Source: a virus
Direction: 5' to 3' (one strand)
Length of the DNA stretch: 64,000 bases
IMG/VR virus record: IMGVR_UViG_3300042545_001134
Span: 56,600-120,599 of that record
Both the position numbers and the translations under genes were made by a program. A model generated the notes under the pieces. That model was given only the letters and a program-made list of their open reading frames with translations. It searched no databases and was not told the origin of the DNA. The first letter of the stretch is position 1. Each line of letters begins with the position of its first letter. Positions 7,127 to 15,427 of the stretch are shown here, piece by piece.

Positions 7127-7273
7127 TTGTGAATGATTCCCTTATTAAAAAATAAAAGGTATTTAGTGAGTGAGAAGTTAATCTCCAGAAAAATTCCATC
7201 CTGTTTATTCAGGATTCACTATGGGCTGTACAACCAGCCCCACCAAAGTTTTACCTCTGATGAAAATATATTG
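7127..7273 (-). ncRNA. Conserved omega-RNA/tracrRNA-like scaffold, copy B, with a degenerate repeat at its array-proximal end
   Basis: Blocks AATAAAAGGTATTTAGTGAGTG and CCTGTTTATTCAGG..TCACTATGGGCTGTACAACCAGCCCCA..TGATGAAAATAT shared with copy A. An AT-rich promoter-like region follows at 7274-7340. Confidence 0.65.
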
Positions 7274-7465
7274 AAGTTTCCAATATTTCAAAGAACAATA
7301 CAAAGATACGTGTATTTTTTAGATATCCAAATTTTTTTTTAAAAATATTTTTTTATTCATCATCCTCCAACGAATCACTGTATGTGGGTTTATCCTTTGG
7401 GACATAGTCCTCATCACAATTATCAATATGGTCCTCGTCGTTCATAATAGATTTATTTTAAATAA

Positions 7466-7761
7466 CACCCTGATTTATCCAACTTACAGGTGTCGTGGCT
7501 GTCCCCGTTACCGGGTTAGAAATAGACTTTTGGATAGATAGTCAATCTAAATAGAGCCTTTCCCTATCAGAAGTTCCATATGGTTATCACACCACTTCTC
7601 ATCGTATTGGACATACTATCCGGTGATTAACCGAATCGCGTAGTCAGGACAGGAATCGAACCTATAACCAGTTTTCTAAGCCCTACGTGCAGGATTTTCA
7701 CTGCCTCGTACTGGTGTCTAATCGAGCATACACAGCGTTTAACCAATTCCGCCACCTGACT
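7466..7761. repeat. Segmental duplication, copy 1 (tRNA-like gene plus ~170 nt flank)
   Basis: 7580-7761 is near-identical to 9325-9506. 7466-7580 is about 70% similar to 9205-9325. Confidence 0.7.
7641..7761 (-). tRNA. tRNA-like element, atypically long (121 nt)
   Basis: Minus strand reads AGTCAGG..GGCG-GAATTGGTTAAA-CGCT (D-arm with GG)..ATAGG-TTCGATT-CCTGT (T-arm)..CCTGACT-A. The anticodon arm is not canonical by eye. Confidence 0.45.
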
Positions 7762-7949
7762 ATTAGCGTTCTATTAAAAATGGAAGTTATTGCGCCTATA
7801 CCATTTCGTTGATACCACCAATATGGCGTTCATTTTATTCCATTGTTCAAGTTTTGTGAACATTTTCAAATATAGATTTTTATTCCATCATTGCGCCTAT
7901 TTTTCTTGCTTTGCGCCTATTTTTTCCACCATAAGGCTAAAATTAGAAA

Positions 7950-8189
7950 TTATTTTCCAAATGTTTCGTTGTAGTATTGTTGAGAGCCAATTACATATTC
8001 ATCTGAAATGCCAAATTTGTAAGCATTCATTATCTCCTGCTTGTGCATTTCTTTGGCTTCGTCAACATCCACTAAAAAATTATCTATCATTGTTGTTCTA
8101 ACAATTCCATCTGGTTCAGATTCTATTATTAAAATTCTTCGTTTCAATTCAGATATTAACCATTCTATACTGCTTTTTTGTTTTTCCAT
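7950..8189 (-). CDS. Small hypothetical protein (79 aa), YYNETFGK-tail family
   Basis: C-terminus YYNETFGK shared with 8326-8544. Conserved upstream motif. Confidence 0.45.
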   Translation of the reverse strand: MEKQKSSIEWLISELKRRILIIESEPDGIVRTTMIDNFLVDVDEAKEMHKQEIMNAYKFGISDEYVIGSQQYYNETFGK

Positions 8190-8325
8190 TTTATTTGTTG
8201 TTTAAATGTTTTCTATTTCTTTTTTAATTCTTCATAAATACCACCTAAAATAATCATTATGATTAGTTGTATAAATGTAGTTACCCAATAATAAGCGTGT
8301 TCCATAAGTTTTTTTGTTATTTAAG

Positions 8326-8544
8326 TTATTTTCCAAATGTTTCGTTGTAGTATTTTTCTGCTGTTTCGTATGGCTTATCTCTAAAATGCCACGATTGATT
8401 ATAGCAATTGATGATTTGTTGCTTCTCCATTTCTTTGGCTTGTAAAAGAATATCTTTATACATTTTCCTTAATTCTTCTGAATCAAAAGATACTAATCCT
8501 AATAATTTTAATTCAATAAATCTTACTGCTGTTTGTTTTTTCAT
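8326..8544 (-). CDS. Small hypothetical protein (72 aa), YYNETFGK-tail family
   Basis: Paralogue of 7950-8189. Confidence 0.45.
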   Translation of the reverse strand: MKKQTAVRFIELKLLGLVSFDSEELRKMYKDILLQAKEMEKQQIINCYNQSWHFRDKPYETAEKYYNETFGK

Positions 8545-8933
8545 TTTGTTTGTTGTTTAAGTTTTACAATCTCAATCAGTTTTTTAATACACTCAAGCTC
8601 TGCTTCTTTATAAGTACCATTAAATTTTAAAGGTTCAGTTCCACATAGTCTATTCCATTTATCATTAATAATTAGATAAGAAAACTCTTGAGTACCAACT
8701 TCAATTAATCCTGTTAATCTATATTCTTCTCTAAACCATCTAAATACTTGTTGGTAAATTGGGGCTTTAATAAGATTCTTTTCTAATAAATTAGAATCAA
8801 ACATTTGTATTAGTATTTCACCAGTTGGCTCTTCCCATTCGGTAACAATACAATATCTACCAAAACAAGGTTCATCAAATCCTAATTCTTTTAAAGCTAA
8901 TGCTTCTTGGTATGGCATAAATTCTTTTTCCAT
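8541..8933 (-). CDS. Hypothetical protein (130 aa)
   Basis: ORF-track frame. Shares the same conserved upstream sequence as the two preceding genes. Confidence 0.45.
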   Translation of the reverse strand: MEKEFMPYQEALALKELGFDEPCFGRYCIVTEWEEPTGEILIQMFDSNLLEKNLIKAPIYQQVFRWFREEYRLTGLIEVGTQEFSYLIINDKWNRLCGTEPLKFNGTYKEAELECIKKLIEIVKLKQQTK

Positions 8934-9122
8934 TTTGTTTGTTGTTTAAGTTATATAATTTGTTAAATGTTTTTTTGGTGCTTGTTAAATGTTTGTATAA
9001 ATTTTTAGTAACGTTTCATGCACTTTGTCCAGTTAATTCATTAAAAGACTGGACATTACACGCCTTTAAATGCTTAAGCCTATTGGCTTTTGTTAATTGT
9101 ACCTATGGTACTTTGTTAATTG

Positions 9123-9201
9123 TAGTCAGGGCCGGACTCGAACCGGATAAACAACCATTTTATTGGACTTGGGCACCATCCCGCATTACGCCCACCTGAC
9201 T
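9123..9201 (-). tRNA. tRNA-like element (79 nt)
   Basis: AGTCAGG acceptor, T-arm TCCGG-TTCGAGT-CCGGC, CCTGACT-A at the 3' end. D and anticodon arms are ambiguous. Confidence 0.4.
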
Positions 9202-9204
9202 ATA

Positions 9205-9506
9205 TAACACCCTATTTTATCCAACTACAGGTGTTAAGGCTGTCCCTATTGCTAGGTTAGGAATAAACTTATTTAAATTAGATAGTCAATCTAAATAGAA
9301 CCTTGTCCTATTAGCAGTTCCATATGAGGAATCACCTCACTTCTCATCGTATTGGACATACTATCCGGTGATTAACCGAATCGCGTAGTCAGGACAGGAA
9401 TCGAACCTATAACCAGTTTTCTAAGCCCTACGTGCAGGATTTTCACTGCCTCGTACTGGTGTCTAATCGAGCATACACAGCGTTTAACCAATTCCGCCAC
9501 CTGACT
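9205..9506. repeat. Segmental duplication, copy 2
   Basis: See 7466-7761. Confidence 0.7.
9386..9506 (-). tRNA. tRNA-like element, identical second copy of 7641-7761
   Basis: 121/121 identity with the first copy. Confidence 0.45.
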
Positions 9507-9927
9507 ATTTTTTCTTATTCTTCTTTAATTCTACCACCTTCTCATACTCCTCAGATTCAATTAAATTATCAATAACCATCTTTTCAAATATGTTTTTGTC
9601 ACTTTCATTATCCGATAATTCGTGATGTGCACCACTTTTGAAAAGTTGGTACATACTTTCAAGTGACTTAGAATCGTTCTTCATTTGATAATTTAATGAA
9701 TAGAGCATTAAAGAGTTTAATAAACCAAACCAAGTATGTTCAGATTCGGTAAATTCGGATTCGTCTTTACCTTTGGATAATATTTTATTCCCAACTTCAA
9801 AGATATCATCAATATCAATTGGAGATTTTAATCTGACATCACTGTTTTCAATCAAATCAATCATAATCTGAGGTATGTGTGTATATTTTTTCATGGCACA
9901 AAGATAATCAATATATTCTAAAAACAA
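9505..9927 (-). CDS. Hypothetical protein (140 aa)
   Basis: ORF-track frame. Confidence 0.45.
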   Translation of the reverse strand: MFLEYIDYLCAMKKYTHIPQIMIDLIENSDVRLKSPIDIDDIFEVGNKILSKGKDESEFTESEHTWFGLLNSLMLYSLNYQMKNDSKSLESMYQLFKSGAHHELSDNESDKNIFEKMVIDNLIESEEYEKVVELKKNKKK

Positions 9928-9954
9928 AAAAATATTTTTTTGTTCATCAAAATG

Positions 9955-10584
9955 TTACTCGTCGTTTATTTTTAATTCAAATTTTTTAATTTTAAAAAAT
10001 TTTTCAAAATATTCCCGTTTAAAGAGCCATCCACGAGTTTTTTTAAGGTTACCACCGGAAACGACGGACCAAATATGTTCTTTGGCAAGGTTTATTATCC
10101 TTATTGGAGTATTAATCCAAATTTCACCAATAAAAACGTATATAGTGATAAAATAATCTGAGGTCGTAGCAATAACTCCAGAATCTTGTTGTATACCATT
10201 TTCATCTTCGCATGAAATTTCTATAAACCCATTACCTGTATCTTTATCGGCAGATAATTGCCTCTCAAAATGTTGCATTTTTAATACCCTTTCATATTTA
10301 CCGGGGTATGCCTTCAAGTCTAATTTTACTTCAAATTTTCTTATTTTCCCATACTTACTGGCAACAATGTCAAATTTCTTTAATTCACCAGTCGGTAAGT
10401 TAGTTCTAAAACATGATATAATAGTCCAACCATAATCAATTAATAGTTGAATAATAATTTTTTCACCAATATCACCAACTCTACTATCTTTACTAAAAGA
10501 ATAATCATTGGGGTATTGTTGCCTTAACCTACCCATTTTATGGATAAAATTATAATCATCTTCGGTTAAGTAAACTTTTTTCAT
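9955..10584 (-). CDS. Hypothetical protein (209 aa)
   Basis: ORF-track frame. Confidence 0.45.
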   Translation of the reverse strand: MKKVYLTEDDYNFIHKMGRLRQQYPNDYSFSKDSRVGDIGEKIIIQLLIDYGWTIISCFRTNLPTGELKKFDIVASKYGKIRKFEVKLDLKAYPGKYERVLKMQHFERQLSADKDTGNGFIEISCEDENGIQQDSGVIATTSDYFITIYVFIGEIWINTPIRIINLAKEHIWSVVSGGNLKKTRGWLFKREYFEKFFKIKKFELKINDE

Positions 10585-10717
10585 GGCACAAATATAATAG
10601 GTTATTTAGAATATTCCAAATTATTCTTCAATGTTTTTTGATTTGAACCATAGGAGTATAACCCCCACGATTCCGTAGACAATTAAAAATGTCAATATGT
10701 GTTCAACGATTATCATA

Positions 10718-10987
10718 TTATTTTCCATCAAGATGAATGTCGGTTGCGTAATTCTTTTCCTTATTGAATAAAGGTTCTTGGTCTACCAACTCGTCATGTA
10801 GTGTCCAGTCATCATATGTTTTTTCACCATCGTTGAAACTCATATTATCTGAATTCTCTTTTAGGTATTCCAGCACCTGTTCTTCTTCCATACCCTGAAG
10901 TTCAGGATAGTTATCCGTGTCAATCTCAATTGATTTCTTTAGAATCCATGTGTGAAACCCTTCGCTTAATTGAATTTTTAGTTTCAT
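10718..10987 (-). CDS. Hypothetical acidic protein (89 aa)
   Basis: ORF-track frame. Confidence 0.4.
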   Translation of the reverse strand: MKLKIQLSEGFHTWILKKSIEIDTDNYPELQGMEEEQVLEYLKENSDNMSFNDGEKTYDDWTLHDELVDQEPLFNKEKNYATDIHLDGK

Positions 10988-10990
10988 AGT

Positions 10991-11254
10991 TTAAAAATTG
11001 TCCGTTGAATTCATTTTAATGTTCTCATCATATTTGGTTTTACCATAATGTTGAGCGTTAATTGTTTCACCGGTTGTTGTGAAGTAATGATGTTTACCCC
11101 CATCAAAGAATCGGTACATCTTTATACCATCCTTCTCGAATAGAAACTCAACTTGGAATCCATTACCCTCTGTTGTTGATGATTGTGGGTCCTTGTAACA
11201 TCCTGTTAATAGAACACCCGCCAATAATAATCCTAATATTTTTTTCATTACCAA
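10991..11254 (-). CDS. Putative lipoprotein (87 aa)
   Basis: MVMKKILGLLLAGVLLTGCYKD is a signal peptide with a lipobox. Confidence 0.5.
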   Translation of the reverse strand: MVMKKILGLLLAGVLLTGCYKDPQSSTTEGNGFQVEFLFEKDGIKMYRFFDGGKHHYFTTTGETINAQHYGKTKYDENIKMNSTDNF

Positions 11255-11481
11255 TTATCTAAGTCTGTTAAATCTAATTCTGTTTTTGTGTTATGACTGT
11301 ACACAACAATTTCACTACCAATACCCGTAGGGGTTACTTTCCATGTGAGTAGTCCGCACTCACCATAGATTGCCTTGATATGTGATTTCCACTCATTAAA
11401 TTTATTTTGTTGCTCGTCGCTTAACTCAACAGTTATAGTGTTGTTTTTATTTTTCATAATACTTCGGTTAATACTCTCCAC
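11248..11481 (-). CDS. Hypothetical protein (77 aa)
   Basis: ORF-track frame. Confidence 0.4.
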   Translation of the reverse strand: MESINRSIMKNKNNTITVELSDEQQNKFNEWKSHIKAIYGECGLLTWKVTPTGIGSEIVVYSHNTKTELDLTDLDNW

Positions 11482-11837
11482 TCTTTTAATACGTTACCAT
11501 CAAATATTACTTCAACGGGAATACCTTTTAGTTTATCAACACTACGTACCTTCGCGTCTTTAAGAAGTTTAGAAAGGAACCTCATAGTTTCTGAGTATCC
11601 TTTATCCCTATCTTCTTCTGTCCACTTACAGTGTTCACTCCACTTAATTGATTCAGCGTCCCAATTACCCTTGAAGTCTCCAACTGCCCAACCACCATCA
11701 CCAAGAGTGATAGATAATCCAAGTTGAGAATCTTGATAACCACCAAGACCAAATTGTACCAATTCGATTTTACCTAATTTCTTTTCCATATTTTTTTTAT
11801 TTTTAGATTCCACGGAATAACCATGAAACAAATTCAA
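11454..11837 (-). CDS. Hypothetical protein (127 aa)
   Basis: ORF-track frame. Confidence 0.45.
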   Translation of the reverse strand: MNLFHGYSVESKNKKNMEKKLGKIELVQFGLGGYQDSQLGLSITLGDGGWAVGDFKGNWDAESIKWSEHCKWTEEDRDKGYSETMRFLSKLLKDAKVRSVDKLKGIPVEVIFDGNVLKEWRVLTEVL

Positions 11838-11900
11838 TCATTAAGTAACACATCAAAGATATACTACCCAACACTAATAGTGTTGCTAAAATTTTATCTT

Positions 11901-12173
11901 TCATTTTACTTTAGGCATTAATTCACAATCAAATTTATAAAGTTCATTCACCACCGGAGTGTAACCCTTTATTTTTGTTTTAATTACAATTTCTTTCCTA
12001 TCCTCCAACATCAATCCAACAACCACACTATCATTCCATTGAAATGTCATAACATATGTAATCAGACCAGTGCACGATTTTGGTTTAACCTTTGTTTTTT
12101 CTTTTGGAACATCCTTAAAACTTGATAGTGTTACTATAACAACCATCAATAATAATGTGTGTTTTATTCTCAT
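11901..12173 (-). CDS. Putative secreted protein (90 aa)
   Basis: N-terminal hydrophobic signal-like segment. Confidence 0.4.
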   Translation of the reverse strand: MRIKHTLLLMVVIVTLSSFKDVPKEKTKVKPKSCTGLITYVMTFQWNDSVVVGLMLEDRKEIVIKTKIKGYTPVVNELYKFDCELMPKVK

Positions 12174-12179
12174 GTTGTT

Positions 12180-12362
12180 TTATTGACCAATCTGTTCACC
12201 AATCTGTATTGATAACGCCGCAATGAATGAAACTAACGCGATTCCACCAAATACCATTCTAACAATAAATCGAACCTTGCGGTTTTTAATGTTATCAACC
12301 AACACCCACATCGATAATAAAAATACCCAACCAATAATGTTTAAAAATGTTACTGTTAACAT
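12180..12362 (-). CDS. Small membrane protein (60 aa)
   Basis: Two predicted transmembrane helices. Confidence 0.4.
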   Translation of the reverse strand: MLTVTFLNIIGWVFLLSMWVLVDNIKNRKVRFIVRMVFGGIALVSFIAALSIQIGEQIGQ

Positions 12363-12363
12363 A

Positions 12364-12546
12364 TTATTTTCTTAGTTCGTTTAGTTTATCTGAAAGTAAG
12401 TCAACCTCAGTTTTTGTTTCGAGTTCTCCTTCTTCATTTATTTTACCCCACGTTTTTATTAAATTACCCGATATGATTTCATCAAACGTTAATCCACTGT
12501 AACTACTGTACTGTGAAATTGTGCCCAATATAGATTCTGTTTCCAT
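12364..12546 (-). CDS. Small hypothetical protein (60 aa)
   Basis: ORF-track frame. Confidence 0.35.
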   Translation of the reverse strand: METESILGTISQYSSYSGLTFDEIISGNLIKTWGKINEEGELETKTEVDLLSDKLNELRK

Positions 12547-12669
12547 AATATTTTATTCTTTTAATTTGTTAGCAACCCATTCAGGGTCATTTTTAAATTC
12601 TTTCCATGTGTCGAAGTCCTTCAACGACTCAATGATTTCTAATAATCTATCTATTGTATCCATAATATT

Positions 12670-13602
12670 TTAAAAAGGTAACGAGTCATTATCATAAATT
12701 TCCGATGCTCGGTTTGTTTCATCATCTAATCTTCTCATTATTTCCTCAACCCTAATTCTTTCCTGCCATTGAAGTCCTTCATTTCGTTCTTGATATTGTT
12801 GTTCTTGATTTAATTCATTGGCAATTCTTCTAACATCATCAATATCAATATCATCACGAAAATGTGGAGGTAATGGTGCATTTTGTTTTTTACTTTGTTG
12901 TATGGTTACCGCGATTCCATGGTTTTTTGCCAATTCAATAACTGACTCTCTTTTTTTAACCTCCTCAATCAACACACCCATAACTTCATTTGGTATTGAC
13001 CATAACATTGGATTACTTTCCTTGTCGTTGGCCAACCATCCCTGTACTTTATCTTCGGTTGTTGAAGATGATACCGCATATTTTACATTACTCTTCTTAT
13101 TGATGATGTAAATCAATTTGTATTTTGATTTGTAATCGTCCCAATGTCTCTCCTGGGTTGTACACCACTTCGTATTTGCACCATACATCTTTGATGCCTC
13201 AAATGATAATGGAATTATAACCAACCAAAAATCGGTTTCATATAATTTCTTAACCTGTTTCTCAAGTTCCTTTAGTTTAACAACATCATCCGCTCGGTTT
13301 ACTTCCTTCTTGATGTCATTAAAATTTTTATAATGACTAATGTCGGGATTACTCAAACGGTTTGCTCGAGAATGTTTTTCAAAATCAATAAGTAATGCCA
13401 AATTTTCATATTCGAATAGTTTAATTACTATACTCCTATGTAACGCCTGAACATCTCCCTTCTTATAGTACTCGTTTTTGAGTATCTTGATAAGAAACCC
13501 CATATACTTGTAGGTCTCTGATGGTTCAACTGATGCAATAATGTCAATCAGTGAAACATTTAATTCCGGATGTTGTTCTTTTAACTTATCTAATCTTGAC
13601 AT
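12670..13602 (-). CDS. Hypothetical protein, TKWCTTQE-motif family (310 aa)
   Basis: ASKMYGANTKWCTTQERHW aligns with SSRKYGSSTKWCTTQENNP in 27936-28955. Paralogues. Confidence 0.5.
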   Translation of the reverse strand: MSRLDKLKEQHPELNVSLIDIIASVEPSETYKYMGFLIKILKNEYYKKGDVQALHRSIVIKLFEYENLALLIDFEKHSRANRLSNPDISHYKNFNDIKKEVNRADDVVKLKELEKQVKKLYETDFWLVIIPLSFEASKMYGANTKWCTTQERHWDDYKSKYKLIYIINKKSNVKYAVSSSTTEDKVQGWLANDKESNPMLWSIPNEVMGVLIEEVKKRESVIELAKNHGIAVTIQQSKKQNAPLPPHFRDDIDIDDVRRIANELNQEQQYQERNEGLQWQERIRVEEIMRRLDDETNRASEIYDNDSLPF

Positions 13603-13604
13603 AT

Positions 13605-13904
13605 CTACTTAGGTATTCTATCCAACACTCTTTCCACCATATCTTCTCTTATCCGATAGTTGTTTTCATTGTCGAATGACTGTTGCGATATGTACTCACC
13701 GGCACGATTCTTAAACCTCGCGTAGATACCATTACTTTGGTGGGTAAAACCATTCGTCTCCAAATAATCTTTAACATAATCCTTACCACTAAATCCTTGT
13801 TGTTTAACGGTTACGAAAAAAAGTCTATCCGCAAAACTAATCGATACATCCGAAAACTTTATGTATGAATGTAGGTGTTCGTGTACTTGAATGTTACTAT
13901 CCAT
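13605..13904 (-). CDS. Hypothetical protein (99 aa)
   Basis: ORF-track frame. Confidence 0.45.
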   Translation of the reverse strand: MDSNIQVHEHLHSYIKFSDVSISFADRLFFVTVKQQGFSGKDYVKDYLETNGFTHQSNGIYARFKNRAGEYISQQSFDNENNYRIREDMVERVLDRIPK

Positions 13905-13956
13905 GATGGTTTATTTTTATAAAGGATAAGAAATTTTTCCGAATATTCCAAATTGT

Positions 13957-14694
13957 TTACCAATAACCCACATCTTTTTTAAAGAAATCGTTATTGCCCC
14001 TGTTTCTGTAACTCTTAATGAGTAACTTAATCATACCAAAATACCCCATCTTTTTAAACCTCCTATCATCTTGACCAATATAGTGATTTGAAATTTTAAA
14101 GTTTTCGGGGTAAAACTTCTTACTCAATACATAATCCTCAGAGTGATTTAATGTTTCATCAAACCCACCGAAAAGATTAAACATCTTTCTATCAACCATG
14201 AAATAGGTTCCAACTGCAAAGGGGGTGACCTTACTAACAAAGTAATTCACGATATTAAACATTTTAAACATAAGTGAAGTTCTAAAATCATTACCATATG
14301 ATTCTAATTTACAGGTTAATAGTTGTAATTCCCTCTCTTCCATTTCATTTAATGTATTTTTAATGGTATGGGAGTCATCTAAAATTACATCACCGTCAAT
14401 GAATAAGATATATTTGGTATCAACCAATTTTGCCCCATTGTTTCGACCAACTGATACGGTACCCCCATCAATCAATTCTATCTTTAGTTTCTTCTGATAA
14501 AAGAATGATTGTTTTTTAATTACCTTTCGAGTTCCATCATTACTATGATTGTCCGCAATTATCACTCTTGTTCCCCGTATACCGGTTTGGTTATGTATTG
14601 AATGTAATGTACGCTCAATGTAATTTGCTTCGTTATATGTTGGGATAACGATTGTAAGGTTATTTTTTATTGAAGTGTTTTGTGAATTTGCCAT
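13957..14694 (-). CDS. Glycosyltransferase family 2-like
   Basis: N-terminus TIVIPTYNEANYIERTL and a DGD motif. Confidence 0.55.
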   Translation of the reverse strand: MANSQNTSIKNNLTIVIPTYNEANYIERTLHSIHNQTGIRGTRVIIADNHSNDGTRKVIKKQSFFYQKKLKIELIDGGTVSVGRNNGAKLVDTKYILFIDGDVILDDSHTIKNTLNEMEERELQLLTCKLESYGNDFRTSLMFKMFNIVNYFVSKVTPFAVGTYFMVDRKMFNLFGGFDETLNHSEDYVLSKKFYPENFKISNHYIGQDDRRFKKMGYFGMIKLLIKSYRNRGNNDFFKKDVGYW

Positions 14695-15427
14695 TGTTAT
14701 AAATTATATATGAATTATTTTCTATCCAGTCACCGCAATTGACGTATTCAATATCGTCGATGACTTTTATTATGGGATGATGAATATGCCCACAGACAAC
14801 TTTGGTACAGTTTCTTTTTTTCGCTTGGTAAACTATTTGGTCCTCAAAGGATGTGATGAATTTAACCGCCTCCTTTACTTTATCCTTTAAGAACTTAGAT
14901 AAAGAACGTTTAAACCCCAATCTTTTAAGGTATCTATCAACTACAATTGCCAAATCGTAACCGACGGAACCAAGAACACCCAACCATTTTAATTTTACAA
15001 CACCATCATATAGGTCTCCATGTGTGATGAAAATATCTTTGTAAATGTATTCATTGTGAAATTCGATATTCCCAAATGATAAGTCATCATAATCCCTCAA
15101 GAACTCATCATGATTACCAGTGATGTAAATTACTTTCGTACCATTTTTTGAATAGGATAGAATTTTTCTTATTAAGTTGGTGTAAGATTGTTTCCAGTAA
15201 AATCTCTTTTTTAATAACCAACCATCAATTATGTCACCAACCAAGAAAAGGTATTCCGGTTGATATTTTTTTAAGGTCTCAAGGACCTCTTCAGCATTAC
15301 ATCCCTTTGAACCGAGGTGAACATCTGAAATTAATAACGCTTCAATTTTTTTCATTTTAAAATAGTTTTCCTTGTATGTATTCCATTGCTCTTCTATACC
15401 TACTGATTGGTTTGTGTTCCTCACCAT
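14660..15427 (-). CDS. Metallophosphoesterase (LpxH-like)
   Basis: LISDVHLG..LFLVGDIIDGW..ITGNHDEF motif pattern. Confidence 0.5.
   Translation of the reverse strand: MVRNTNQSVGIEEQWNTYKENYFKMKKIEALLISDVHLGSKGCNAEEVLETLKKYQPEYLFLVGDIIDGWLLKKRFYWKQSYTNLIRKILSYSKNGTKVIYITGNHDEFLRDYDDLSFGNIEFHNEYIYKDIFITHGDLYDGVVKLKWLGVLGSVGYDLAIVVDRYLKRLGFKRSLSKFLKDKVKEAVKFITSFEDQIVYQAKKRNCTKVVCGHIHHPIIKVIDDIEYVNCGDWIENNSYIIYNNGKFTKHFNKK

Noticed and set aside
5196-7273. Interpretation as a canonical IS200/IS605 element (TnpB with ends)
   Set aside because: No TnpA/Y1 transposase is nearby. The flanking conserved elements are direct rather than inverted/asymmetric LE/RE hairpins. An internal multi-spacer array is not an IS feature.
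7641-7761. tmRNA instead of tRNA-like element
   Set aside because: Only ~120 nt between the acceptor arms, no tag-peptide reading frame, and no GGGG 5' terminus. The size fits a tRNA with an insertion, not a tmRNA.
10079-10092. Extra copy of the TTTGGCAAGG core inside minus-strand gene 9955-10584
   Set aside because: Only 10 nt match, the upstream GATTTTG and hairpin are missing, and it is on the non-coding side of a minus gene. Likely chance.
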